From IMG/VR virus record IMGVR_UViG_3300002988_000032, positions 12,793 through 76,792 of that record: DNA of 64,000 nt; one strand, written 5' to 3'. The DNA is from a virus. The translations under genes were made by a program, and so were the position numbers. Numbering within the stretch: position 1 is the first letter of the stretch; each line of letters starts with the position of its first letter. Below the pieces are notes generated by a model that saw nothing but the letters and a program-made list of their open reading frames with translations, ran no database searches and was not told the DNA's origin. Of the stretch, positions 1 through 8,632 are shown one piece after another.

Positions 1-585
1 TTTGATAGCCGGAGCCGCGCCGCCCTTCGGCGGGGTGATGTCGACGAGGAAGTGTTGGGCCGCGAGGTATGGGGCCAGCCGATGCCATTTGAACCGCGCG
101 GCCACGAGGCGGGCGACGGCGCGAAAACCGCGCGTGGCGTCGCGCATCTCGTCGATTTTCTCACGGGACTCGGTGGACGGCGTTTCGCCGGCGGGCAGGG
201 CGTCGATCTCGTCGATGATCACCTGGACCTCGGGGACGGTGAAATCCGACCACCCGTCCTCGACGGCGGACTTGATCGCCGTCAGCAACTCGCGGTCGCT
301 CGGGAAGACGACGGCGTTCTCGATCAACGCCTCCGTCCACGCCGCCTTGGTCCGGTAATTCGGAACGGCGATCGTATAGACGGGCGGATCGGGCAGCGCC
401 TCGACTTTTTCCAACTCCGCCGTCGCCTCGTCGGCCGCCTTCTCGATCTTGGCGATCTCGTCGGACTTGTCGGCGTCGAGTGCGGAAAGCTCATCGTGTT
501 TCTCGGCGATGAACGTGTTGAGGGTCTTGATCCGTTCGGCCTTCGGGTCGAAGCGGACGGTCGGGGACAGGGGGATGGCGGACAT
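1..585 (-). CDS. Probable tail assembly chaperone (runs off window start)
   Basis: Open frame MSAIPLSPTVRFDPKAERIK... from ATG 585 to the window edge with no stop; lies downstream of the tail tube gene; function from position only. Confidence 0.45.
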   Translation of the reverse strand, partial: MSAIPLSPTVRFDPKAERIKTLNTFIAEKHDELSALDADKSDEIAKIEKAADEATAELEKVEALPDPPVYTIAVPNYRTKAAWTEALIENAVVFPSDRELLTAIKSAVEDGWSDFTVPEVQVIIDEIDALPAGETPSTESREKIDEMRDATRGFRAVARLVAARFKWHRLAPYLAAQHFLVDITPPKGGAAPAIK

Positions 586-602
586 GGGGGGAGCCTTTCG
601 GG

Positions 603-935
603 TCAGGCCGCGTTGGCGGGTTCGGTGAAGAAGGGGGACAGAGCCTCGAATTCGGCGGGGGTGATCTGCGCCGCGCCGATGAATTCCAACGGGACGGGAC
701 GCGCGTTGACCGCGAACGATCGCCCGGAGATATCCGCCAAGACGGTGGAAAGCCGCTCGTCGGACTCCTCGCGGGCGGACGTGACCTCCTCAGCGATGGG
801 GACGACGAGATCGCGGATCGCCCTGGCGACGGCGGCGAAATGACGGGCGGCGCCCGGCGGCATGCGCTGTTGCGACAGGGCCAGAAGCGCTTGATTGACG
901 GCGAGAATGTTCGCGCCGCCGATGGTGACGGACAT
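603..935 (-). CDS. Hypothetical tail-region protein (110 aa)
   Basis: ATG preceded by GAAGGAGG RBS; co-oriented with the tail operon. Confidence 0.6.
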   Translation of the reverse strand: MSVTIGGANILAVNQALLALSQQRMPPGAARHFAAVARAIRDLVVPIAEEVTSAREESDERLSTVLADISGRSFAVNARPVPLEFIGAAQITPAEFEALSPFFTEPANAA

Positions 936-968
936 GTGTCGGGCCTCCTTCGGGAGAGGGTGGGGGAT

Positions 969-1289
969 TCAGGCGGTCAGGCCCTTGACCGTCCACATGA
1001 CGGCGAGTTCGAGCGATTTCATGCCCTCGGTGAAGGGGTCGGCGTCCAAGTTCACCGCGATTCCGACATGGAATTCGCCGAATTCGGCCGGCGGGAGGTG
1101 TTCGATCACCGGAGCGCGCAACGCGCGAGCACGCTCAAACAACGCCTCGAGTTCGCCGGCCTTGGCCTTGATCGCGTCGTGAAGATCCTTCTCCTCAGCG
1201 GACAGCGCGCGATACCCGGGCCGGAAGCGGCTCGGGCGAATGTCGCCGCTCCGACACCCGTCGGGAGCGTCTTGGAAAACGTGTGTCAT
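969..1289 (-). CDS. Acb2/Tad1-like signal-sponge protein
   Basis: GYRALSAEEKDLHDAIK...KSLELAVMWTVKGLT resembles the helical-hairpin pattern of Acb2/T4 Vs.4 (GY-x-x-x-x-E...KxxLxEAxMW), recalled from memory. Confidence 0.65.
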   Translation of the reverse strand: MTHVFQDAPDGCRSGDIRPSRFRPGYRALSAEEKDLHDAIKAKAGELEALFERARALRAPVIEHLPPAEFGEFHVGIAVNLDADPFTEGMKSLELAVMWTVKGLTA

Positions 1290-1405
1290 TTGATCGCCTC
1301 ATTCGGGAGGAGGGTGGGCGACGGCCCCGAAACCGTCGCCCGGGCGCATGCGCTCCCCATCGGCTTTGGGCCGATAGGTTCCGCTATCGGGATCGCGGGT
1401 TCGGA

Positions 1406-2590
1406 TCAGAAGACGGTGAACTGAACGGCGGCGTCGTCCGCGCCGGTGCATTCGAACGTCGTGCTCGCGGTGCGGGCCTTTTCGTCGACGGCTTGGCCGT
1501 AGGTGACGTATTTCGCGTTCGGGACGGTGAAGGCGAAGCGATTGCCCGGCGTCTCGCCGTAACGGGCGTGGATCAAGCGCTTCGCCCCCCCGCGGAAATC
1601 GCCGAGGATGTCGCGCGTCGCCGCCAGCGTCTCGTTGGGGTCGATCTGGCCTTCCCAACGCCGTTCGGTCGGGAACGGCGAGCCGAAGCCCTCAGCCGCG
1701 TTGGGATCGCCGGGCTGGGCCAACTGGGTGTTGGTGTTGAAGGTGAGATTTTTGAGGGACGCGGGGCGCCGGTCGATGGTGAACGCGCCGGCGCGGAAGC
1801 GGGGCGGATCGAACGACACGCCGAAGTCGATGGACGGCAAGGCGGCATCGGCGCGAACCGGGCTTCCGGCGATGCCGGAAAACTTGAAGTTGATCTTTCC
1901 GATGCCGCCGGTCGGGATGGCGAAATCCACCGTGCCGCGGGCGCCGACGATCTTGTAAAGCGTGCCGTCCTCGTACCAGTACAAGGTCAGCGTCTTGATC
2001 TTGCTCTTGTCGGACGTGCCCACATAACGGACGTTCGGAAGGATTCGGTAATCGAACGTGGGGTCGAGAACCGAGGCGAACGTGTCGGTCAGCGTCGCCG
2101 CCTTGGCGGCGGTGTAGCCGGAGATGAACGACAACCGGTCGGGGTCTCCGCTCTTGGCGAACGAGATCGGCATGCCGCGGTACAGATTGGCGGTCGCGGC
2201 GGCTCCGGCCCCGAGCGTCGCCGACGTGGCGGATCCCGCCGTCAGCAACTCGGCGGCGGCGGGAACGCCGGTCGCGGTGACGAGTTCATCGAAGCCGCAC
2301 GCCTTCAGCAACGTTCCCCAAGCCGGGGCGACGCCGGGGGTGTCGGTCCCGCGCAGGAGCACGGAGCACGTCAGCGACACCTTCATGCCGCCGACGATGC
2401 TTTCCGAACGATCCAGCGACGCCTGGGCCTCGTTCGGCTGGATGCGTTCCGCATCGATCGAGATCGGGGAATCCGCGACCTCGACCAAGACGGCGTCGGT
2501 CGCGGCGGGGGACGCGTCCACGCCCTCGGTCGTCTCGATCTTGGCGAGAAGGGCGGCGCGGTTGATGAGAATGGTATCGGTGAACGCCAT
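1406..2590 (-). CDS. Major tail tube protein
   Basis: 394 aa, N-terminal LLAKIETTEGVD and AWGTLLKACG motifs typical of siphophage tube proteins; follows the tail terminator. Confidence 0.75.
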   Translation of the reverse strand: MAFTDTILINRAALLAKIETTEGVDASPAATDAVLVEVADSPISIDAERIQPNEAQASLDRSESIVGGMKVSLTCSVLLRGTDTPGVAPAWGTLLKACGFDELVTATGVPAAAELLTAGSATSATLGAGAAATANLYRGMPISFAKSGDPDRLSFISGYTAAKAATLTDTFASVLDPTFDYRILPNVRYVGTSDKSKIKTLTLYWYEDGTLYKIVGARGTVDFAIPTGGIGKINFKFSGIAGSPVRADAALPSIDFGVSFDPPRFRAGAFTIDRRPASLKNLTFNTNTQLAQPGDPNAAEGFGSPFPTERRWEGQIDPNETLAATRDILGDFRGGAKRLIHARYGETPGNRFAFTVPNAKYVTYGQAVDEKARTASTTFECTGADDAAVQFTVF

Positions 2591-2608
2591 GGCGGCTTTC
2601 TCCCAACG

Positions 2609-2638
2609 AAAAAAGCCGCCTCGGCTTCACCGGGCGGC
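2609..2638 (-). terminator. Intrinsic terminator inside the late operon
   Basis: GCCGCC-CGG/CCG-A-GGCGGC stem followed by T6 on the minus strand. Confidence 0.6.
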
Positions 2639-2656
2639 GGGGTTGACGGGAATCGT

Positions 2657-3088
2657 TTAGCCGAGTTGGTCGACCTGATAATCGACCTGCACGGGGACGG
2701 AGAACCACTCGGAAGCCTCGTCCCCATCTTCCGTCGTCGCGCGACCGGCGGACAGAACCGCCGCGTCGACGACGAGAACCAATCCGTTCAGTCGGGCGTC
2801 GATCGGATACAGCGGCTTGATGAGGCCCGCCACCGCCTCCGCGCGACCGACGCCGTTCGCGTCGCGGTCCCAAATCTCGATGTTCAGGAATCCCGTCGCC
2901 ACGGTGCGGGCGTTGGTGATCTTGCGTTCTCCGCCGCGAAACAGGCGGGCGCGGAGGTGAATGTCGGAGGCGGACAAATCATATGGGGTCCGCTCCACGA
3001 CCAATGGAATCCCGACGAGATCGCCCGCTTCCACCGCGTCCCGGATCGGCTTTTCGAGGGCGGCGCGGACGGCGGAATCGTCGATCAT
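2657..3088 (-). CDS. Tail terminator / tail completion protein
   Basis: 143 aa from ATG 3088 (MIDDSAVRAALEK); GFLNIEIW and WFSVPVQVDY pattern; directly upstream of the tube gene. Confidence 0.6.
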   Translation of the reverse strand: MIDDSAVRAALEKPIRDAVEAGDLVGIPLVVERTPYDLSASDIHLRARLFRGGERKITNARTVATGFLNIEIWDRDANGVGRAEAVAGLIKPLYPIDARLNGLVLVVDAAVLSAGRATTEDGDEASEWFSVPVQVDYQVDQLG

Positions 3089-3927
3089 CAGGACTTGACC
3101 CTCACATCCCAGGCGATCGGGGACGAACCCTGATAAATCGCGGAATACGCGGAAATCCCCTTCGCCGAACCGCCGAACACGATGAAATGAGACGTGGACG
3201 GCTCGGACAGGAAGGGGGCGAGAGCCGCGTGCGGGATGATGAGGCGGCGATCGGACATGTTCGCGCCCGCCGCGAGTTCGACTTGGGTCCAGCCCGCCGG
3301 GGTGACGGGGATGATGTGATCGCATGCGAAAGATGGGATCACGGCGTCGTCGACGGCGACGGCGGCGACCAGAGCCGGAGAGATCGGAACGGCGGTGAAT
3401 TTGCCCGACGCCGCCGATACGGGGGCGGTCACGACATAAACGTTCCCGCCGACGGCCAGCGCGTCGCCCGCCAGGAACCGCCCGGTCGGAACGGTTCCGG
3501 CGATCGTCAACGCGGTCGCGCCGGCGGGCGCGTTCGCCGCGATCTTGAACGGGGAACCCGCGGGCGGGTTGAGCGTCGCCCCGGCCCCGGTCGCGATCCG
3601 GTAGTTCGCGTTCACGGCGCCGGTGCAATCGCACGTCCAAACGAGACGCCGGGAGTCCATCCGCGCCGGGGGGGCCGTGACGGTGTAGGCCGAGCCGTCG
3701 ACAACGAAAACGCCGCCGACGGTCGGGGCCGAAACCTCACTCGCCCGCACGTCGAACAGAACGCGTTCGCGCATCACCTCCGCGTCGCCGACCGACACGC
3801 GGGCGTCGCGGCCTTGGTGTTGCCGGACCATACAGGCGGTCGATTCCCCGGTTGGGGAGGCGTAAGTCGCTCCCGCCCCCACCAAGGCCATGATCGTCGG
3901 CCCGCAAACGGCGTCAAAATCAATCAT
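3088..3927 (-). CDS. Extended head-tail joining (head closure) protein, 279 aa
   Basis: ATG 3927 overlaps the upstream stop (ATGA); N-terminal gpFII-like beta domain plus extra modules; lies between capsid and tail terminator. Confidence 0.55.
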   Translation of the reverse strand: MIDFDAVCGPTIMALVGAGATYASPTGESTACMVRQHQGRDARVSVGDAEVMRERVLFDVRASEVSAPTVGGVFVVDGSAYTVTAPPARMDSRRLVWTCDCTGAVNANYRIATGAGATLNPPAGSPFKIAANAPAGATALTIAGTVPTGRFLAGDALAVGGNVYVVTAPVSAASGKFTAVPISPALVAAVAVDDAVIPSFACDHIIPVTPAGWTQVELAAGANMSDRRLIIPHAALAPFLSEPSTSHFIVFGGSAKGISAYSAIYQGSSPIAWDVRVKS

Positions 3928-4100
3928 GGCTTGCGACCGGGGCGGCGGGAAGACGGCCCGGTCGCCGAAACGGTCGCGCCGGACTCCGGGGCCGGGAGGG
4001 CCGTCCAAACGGCGTGTCGGCGCGGGTCGAAATCGTTCGCGTTGATGACGAGGGGGTGATCCGGGCGCGTCGGATCGGAAATTTCGACGGTTTGAAGCAT
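3924..4100 (-). CDS. Small post-capsid protein (58 aa, MLQTVEISDPTRPDHPLVINANDFDPRRH...)
   Basis: Read by hand (below the ORF-track cutoff); GAGG RBS; VINxxDFDP motif often seen in small genes after capsid genes. Confidence 0.55.
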   Translation of the reverse strand: MLQTVEISDPTRPDHPLVINANDFDPRRHAVWTALPAPESGATVSATGPSSRRPGRKP

Positions 4101-4157
4101 GTCCGCCTCATCGCGAGGGAAGTGAGGGCGGCGCGTCGACGGCGCCGCCCATCGACA

Positions 4158-5297
4158 TCAATTGCGGGCGCGAACCGCGAGGTTCGGATCCAGCGTCTTC
4201 ACGCCGAACAGCGCGTCGACGCGAACGTTGACCGCCGACGTGTCTCCGTCCCACCACAGCGACGAGCGCAGCGACAGACCGGTGACGGGATCCGTGACCG
4301 ACTGCACGCGGGCGCCGACCTGTTGCGCGGCGTCCGACAACGGGGCCATCGCCAAGGCGAAGGCGTTGCGATGAAACGCGAGGCACTCGCTGTGATCGTC
4401 CAGCGAAACCGTGACGTTCGCGTTGTCCGCGTAATCCTGGATCAACGCCGGGAAAATCTGGACGGCGGGGAACGCGTTGCCGGCCGCCGTCGCCGGCGCG
4501 GTGACGACATACCGCTGCGTGTTCCCGGCGATCACGAAACTTTCGCCCCTCACCAGCGTCCCGGTGACGGTGGCGGCGTCGATCGAGATCGTGGTCGCCC
4601 CCTTCGCGTGGGCGCCGTTCAGAGCCAAGGCGGAAACGGAAGCCGTCCCCTTGGTGTGGCCGACGACATTCTGATTCGCGAAGAGGTTGAAGCCGAACCG
4701 GCGACCGAGCGTCGCGTCGGTCTGCGAGGATACGCCGTTCTGCCCGGCCCCCTGCCACTGGGTGAACGCCGACTGGCCGAGAAGGTCGGCCTCGAAGTCG
4801 CCGTCCAGCATCAGATGGATGTTGTCGGCGTCCGTCAACGGGACTTTGTTGTCGAACATCAGTTTGCGGATGCCGACGAGATCGGGGATCCCGGCGGTGC
4901 CGCCGACATCGTAATACCACGGGATGCAGTTCGCCTGATCGGCCAGAGCCTGATCGATGGCGTCGGCGATGGCGTAAGCCGCCGGGCGGATATGCTCTTC
5001 GATGATGGTCTGGCCGGTGGAACTCAGATCCTTGTCGGTGATGGTGAACCGGACGCCCTTCCACTGATCGAGCGTGATGTTCACCTCCTCGGCGTTGACG
5101 TCCTGGGAATCCGACGACCCGACGTCCCGCGCGATGAACGTTCCGGGTTTGCGGATGGCGATGGTGGACCCCTTCTGTTGGGGAGCCTTGTCGTAACCGC
5201 GATAAACGCGGCTCGCGAGACCAAGGGACTTCTGAAGCTGGATCAGAGCCTCGTTGGCGTACCAGATCGGATCATAGGCGCTGTAGACGTTCGCCAT
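4158..5297 (-). CDS. Major capsid protein, P22 coat (gp5)-like
   Basis: 379 aa; KGSTIAIRKP, AYAIADAIDQ, LAFHRNAFALA, RVDALFGVKTLDP motifs; follows the protease gene. Confidence 0.85.
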   Translation of the reverse strand: MANVYSAYDPIWYANEALIQLQKSLGLASRVYRGYDKAPQQKGSTIAIRKPGTFIARDVGSSDSQDVNAEEVNITLDQWKGVRFTITDKDLSSTGQTIIEEHIRPAAYAIADAIDQALADQANCIPWYYDVGGTAGIPDLVGIRKLMFDNKVPLTDADNIHLMLDGDFEADLLGQSAFTQWQGAGQNGVSSQTDATLGRRFGFNLFANQNVVGHTKGTASVSALALNGAHAKGATTISIDAATVTGTLVRGESFVIAGNTQRYVVTAPATAAGNAFPAVQIFPALIQDYADNANVTVSLDDHSECLAFHRNAFALAMAPLSDAAQQVGARVQSVTDPVTGLSLRSSLWWDGDTSAVNVRVDALFGVKTLDPNLAVRARN

Positions 5298-5311
5298 GAC
5301 TTTTCACTCCG

Positions 5312-6787
5312 TTATTCGACGATGATGGGGGACTGACCGTGCGCCATGGCGGCGTCGCGGACCCTGCGATACTTCGCGAAGTCTTTCGCGTCCTCGCGAG
5401 AGATGGTGAACGAACCGGAATCGGCCGCGTGGGATGTGGAGACGTCGCTCGCCCGCGCATTCTTCACCAACGCGGCGTTGACGGCCTCCTCGGCGGCGGA
5501 GATATCGGTCCCGGACTTCAACAGATCCAAGGCCATCTCCGGCATTCCGGCGGCGGCGGCCTTGGCGACGATCTCGCGGGCCGACGCCAGCGCCTCGGCG
5601 GCGCCCTTTTCGGCCCCCTCCCTCAAGCCCTCGACTTTTCCGGCGGCGAACGCCGACGCCTTGGCGTTGTCGAGTTCGGCGGCGAACTTCGCGGTCGCCT
5701 CGGCGACCGCCGCGTGGATGGACGCGCCGACGGGAGGGTGTTCGACGACCGCCTCACGCGCTCCACTCTTGTTCCCGCAAGCCCCCATCTCGGCGCATTC
5801 GTCGGGGTTGGGGCAATCCGGGCACGGAACGGCGTCGGCGGCGGGATCGCTTTGGTCCGCCGCGTTCACGATTGCCATCTTGGTCTCCTTGGGCATGGCG
5901 TTGCGGGAAAACGCGACGGACGGGCCGCGCGCGGGGGGGCCGACCAGGGCGGCCAACTCCGAAAGGGTGTCGGAAATCGTTGCGACCGCGTCGGCCAAGC
6001 CGAGTTTCACGGCGTCCGAGCCGTAACAGCACCCGGCTTCCGTCGCGCGGGCGGCGGCCTCGGTGAGGCGGGATCCCCGGTTCCGCGCGACCGTGCTCAC
6101 GAACAGGTCGTAATCCTTGTCGATGGCGGCTTGAAATTCCGTTTTGACCTCTTCCGAGAGAGGCGCGTGCGACCATCCGTCGACCTTTTTCGACCCGGCG
6201 AAGATCGGGGTGTACACGACCCCATCCTCCGCGTCGGCTTGGGAAACATCCATGTGGATGCAGATGACGCCGATCGAGCCGACGCCCGCCGTGCGGGGCA
6301 AAACGACGCGCTCGCACGCGCTGGCGAGCGCATATCCGGCCGAATACGCCGCTTCGTTGGCGACGGCCCAAATCGGCTTGACCGCGCGGGCGGCGTGGAT
6401 CGCATCGACGAGATCAAAGCATCCGGCGACTTCGCCGCCGCCCGTGTCGAAGTCGAACAGAACCGCCGACACGTTGTCGTCGGTCAGGGCGTCGTTGAGA
6501 TTCGCGGCCAGTTCCTCATAGGACACGAGGCCGGACAAAGCCGACATCCACGACGAACGGTGAACCAACGTGCCGTGAACCGGGATGATCGCGATGGAAC
6601 CGGGCGTCGCGGGGGGCTTTGTCCGAGCCGCGGCCTCATAAGTCCCGTCCATCACGACCGCGGGCAGTCCCATGCGGGCCGCCAGGACGTTGCCGATGAT
6701 CTTCGCCCGACCGGGATGGATCATCAAAGGCGTGTTGAACATCCGTTCCGCCACCCGATGGTACGGAAACTCCCGCGGGACGGACAT
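5312..6787 (-). CDS. S49 prohead protease with scaffold-like C-terminus (lambda gpC/Nu3-like)
   Basis: FDFDTGGGEVAG, AYSAGYALAS, GVGSIGV S49 motifs; Ala-rich helical C-terminus. Confidence 0.9.
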   Translation of the reverse strand: MSVPREFPYHRVAERMFNTPLMIHPGRAKIIGNVLAARMGLPAVVMDGTYEAAARTKPPATPGSIAIIPVHGTLVHRSSWMSALSGLVSYEELAANLNDALTDDNVSAVLFDFDTGGGEVAGCFDLVDAIHAARAVKPIWAVANEAAYSAGYALASACERVVLPRTAGVGSIGVICIHMDVSQADAEDGVVYTPIFAGSKKVDGWSHAPLSEEVKTEFQAAIDKDYDLFVSTVARNRGSRLTEAAARATEAGCCYGSDAVKLGLADAVATISDTLSELAALVGPPARGPSVAFSRNAMPKETKMAIVNAADQSDPAADAVPCPDCPNPDECAEMGACGNKSGAREAVVEHPPVGASIHAAVAEATAKFAAELDNAKASAFAAGKVEGLREGAEKGAAEALASAREIVAKAAAAGMPEMALDLLKSGTDISAAEEAVNAALVKNARASDVSTSHAADSGSFTISREDAKDFAKYRRVRDAAMAHGQSPIIVE

Positions 6788-6803
6788 GCCGACCTCCTTC
6801 AGA

Positions 6804-8360
6804 TTATGCGTTTTGATTCCCGGCGGCGGCGAACACGCCGTCTTCCGCCTTTTGCGCCGCGCCGCCGCGCGCCGTCCTTCGGGGGTCCGCGTCGGACACC
6901 AACCCGAGTTCGTCGAGAAGCGCGAAGTCCGCCGCCGAACGGCGGAGGGATTCGTGAGCCGAATACCCCTCCTGTTCGATCACCGCGGACAGCGGCTTGA
7001 CGCCCATGCGCACGGCCAGTTGCTCCGCGAGGCGATCCTTCATCGGGTCGACCCACGGCCACGGCTGCGGGATCCAGCGCCCCCTGTTCCAAGATCTCGG
7101 CGACGCGAGATAGTCGACGGCGGAGACCGGGACTTTCCCGTAGATCACCGCGTCGCGAACGAAGCGGGTCCACACCGGCCGACAAAGCTGGAAAACGAGG
7201 ACGTTGTGTTGGATCGGCTCCAGCCGACGGCGGATCTCCAAGCATCCGGCCCGGATGCTTGAGTAGGTGACACCCTCGTAATCGTTCGCCATCCACTCAT
7301 ACATCACGTCCAGGGCGGCGGACGCGGAGCGGAGATAGGTCTTCACGTAGGTTTCGAACTGGGTCGAGATATCCGGGGCCTCCGCGAACTGAACGGTGAA
7401 CCCCGGCGGGAGCCTCTGAAACGTTCCGGGTTCAATCGCGGAAAACCCGACCGTTTGGTCCGCGGCTCCGTTCGGGCGAGCCGGGTTCATCGCGTTCTGA
7501 GCGGGGTCGCTCGGATCCCCGGTCGACGTGAAAAAACCCGTGAGACCGGCGCCGATCTTCTGTTTCACCAAGGCGGCGTCCAGAAATTGATCGAGTTCGT
7601 AAAGCGTCAGAAGCCCGACCGACAGCCGCGGGACGCCGCGCACCTGTCCCTTGCGGATGGGGTCGAAGATATGGAGAACTTCCGTCGCGGGGACGCGGAC
7701 GACATCGTTGTCCCTTCCCGTCGTCGCGTAGTCGCCGGGATGAGTCCGGTACATCCAATAGGCGACCCGTCGGTCTGGGACATTCGCGTCGAATTCCACA
7801 CCCATCCGAACGGTGTTTCCGCTCGGCAGCGTCTCGTTTTTCCACAACGGGACTTGTTCGGACTCGATCAGTTGAAGCTGGACCGGAACCGCGAACCCGT
7901 CGTCCAAGACGCGGGGGCGGAAACGGACGAAGATCTCGCCCGCCTCGAACAGCGCCCGCGCGGCGGTGCTTTGAAGTCCGTAGAAATCGGACTGGCCCTC
8001 AACATCCGCCTCGTCCACCCACCGATCCCACAAATCCAGGAACGCCTCGCGTTGCGACCGGTCCTCGATCGCCGGAGATGGAGAAATCCCCGTCCCGACG
8101 ACGTTCGCCACCCAACTGTTGCACGCCGCCGCCGCGTAGGTTGAGCGCCGGACGGCGTCCCGAGACCGATCACGAAGTATCTGCGCGTCGGAATTGGCGA
8201 TGCTCGCCATCGACGCGCCCATCGGGGGGAGCCAGGACGCGAGACGCCGCCCCGAACCGGCGGCGTCGAACGCCACCATTCCCGGAGTCATGGGCGCGGT
8301 TCGGCGCACCACATTCCCATCCGGGCCATAGATCACGGGGGGACGCGGAATGCCGGACAC
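6804..8360 (-). CDS. Portal protein, lambda family
   Basis: LRDRSRDAVRR, VVGTGI, GQVRGVP, TYSSIRAG, PWPWVDPMKD motifs. Confidence 0.92.
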   Translation of the reverse strand: MSGIPRPPVIYGPDGNVVRRTAPMTPGMVAFDAAGSGRRLASWLPPMGASMASIANSDAQILRDRSRDAVRRSTYAAAACNSWVANVVGTGISPSPAIEDRSQREAFLDLWDRWVDEADVEGQSDFYGLQSTAARALFEAGEIFVRFRPRVLDDGFAVPVQLQLIESEQVPLWKNETLPSGNTVRMGVEFDANVPDRRVAYWMYRTHPGDYATTGRDNDVVRVPATEVLHIFDPIRKGQVRGVPRLSVGLLTLYELDQFLDAALVKQKIGAGLTGFFTSTGDPSDPAQNAMNPARPNGAADQTVGFSAIEPGTFQRLPPGFTVQFAEAPDISTQFETYVKTYLRSASAALDVMYEWMANDYEGVTYSSIRAGCLEIRRRLEPIQHNVLVFQLCRPVWTRFVRDAVIYGKVPVSAVDYLASPRSWNRGRWIPQPWPWVDPMKDRLAEQLAVRMGVKPLSAVIEQEGYSAHESLRRSAADFALLDELGLVSDADPRRTARGGAAQKAEDGVFAAAGNQNA

Positions 8361-8361
8361 G

Positions 8362-8586
8362 TTACCACGTCCCCTTCGTCATCGTCACGACGATGCGGTT
8401 GATCGGAGGCGGTTGGGCGGAAGACGCGGCGTGGATTTGGGCGTTCAAGTCCGATAGAGCCGCGAGCATTTCGTCATCGCTTCGGTATACGATTCTCTGG
8501 TTGTCGTAATAGACTTCCTTGGCGCCGGAAAAACGCGCCGCCTCAAGCGCCGACTTCCATGCCGTGAGCTGCACGAGAGTTGCCAC
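8362..8586 (-). CDS. Head-tail joining protein gpW-like
   Basis: 74 aa between terminase and portal; GAKEVYYDNQRIVYRSDDEM resembles gpW. Confidence 0.75.
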   Translation of the reverse strand: MATLVQLTAWKSALEAARFSGAKEVYYDNQRIVYRSDDEMLAALSDLNAQIHAASSAQPPPINRIVVTMTKGTW

Positions 8587-8632
8587 GATTTCACCCTTCT
8601 TTCGTCTTCGTCGGCGGATCGCCGTCTGGTTT

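Noticed and set aside
1-585. Programmed -1 frameshift of the tail chaperone
   Set aside because: The gene end is outside the window, so no slippery site can be seen
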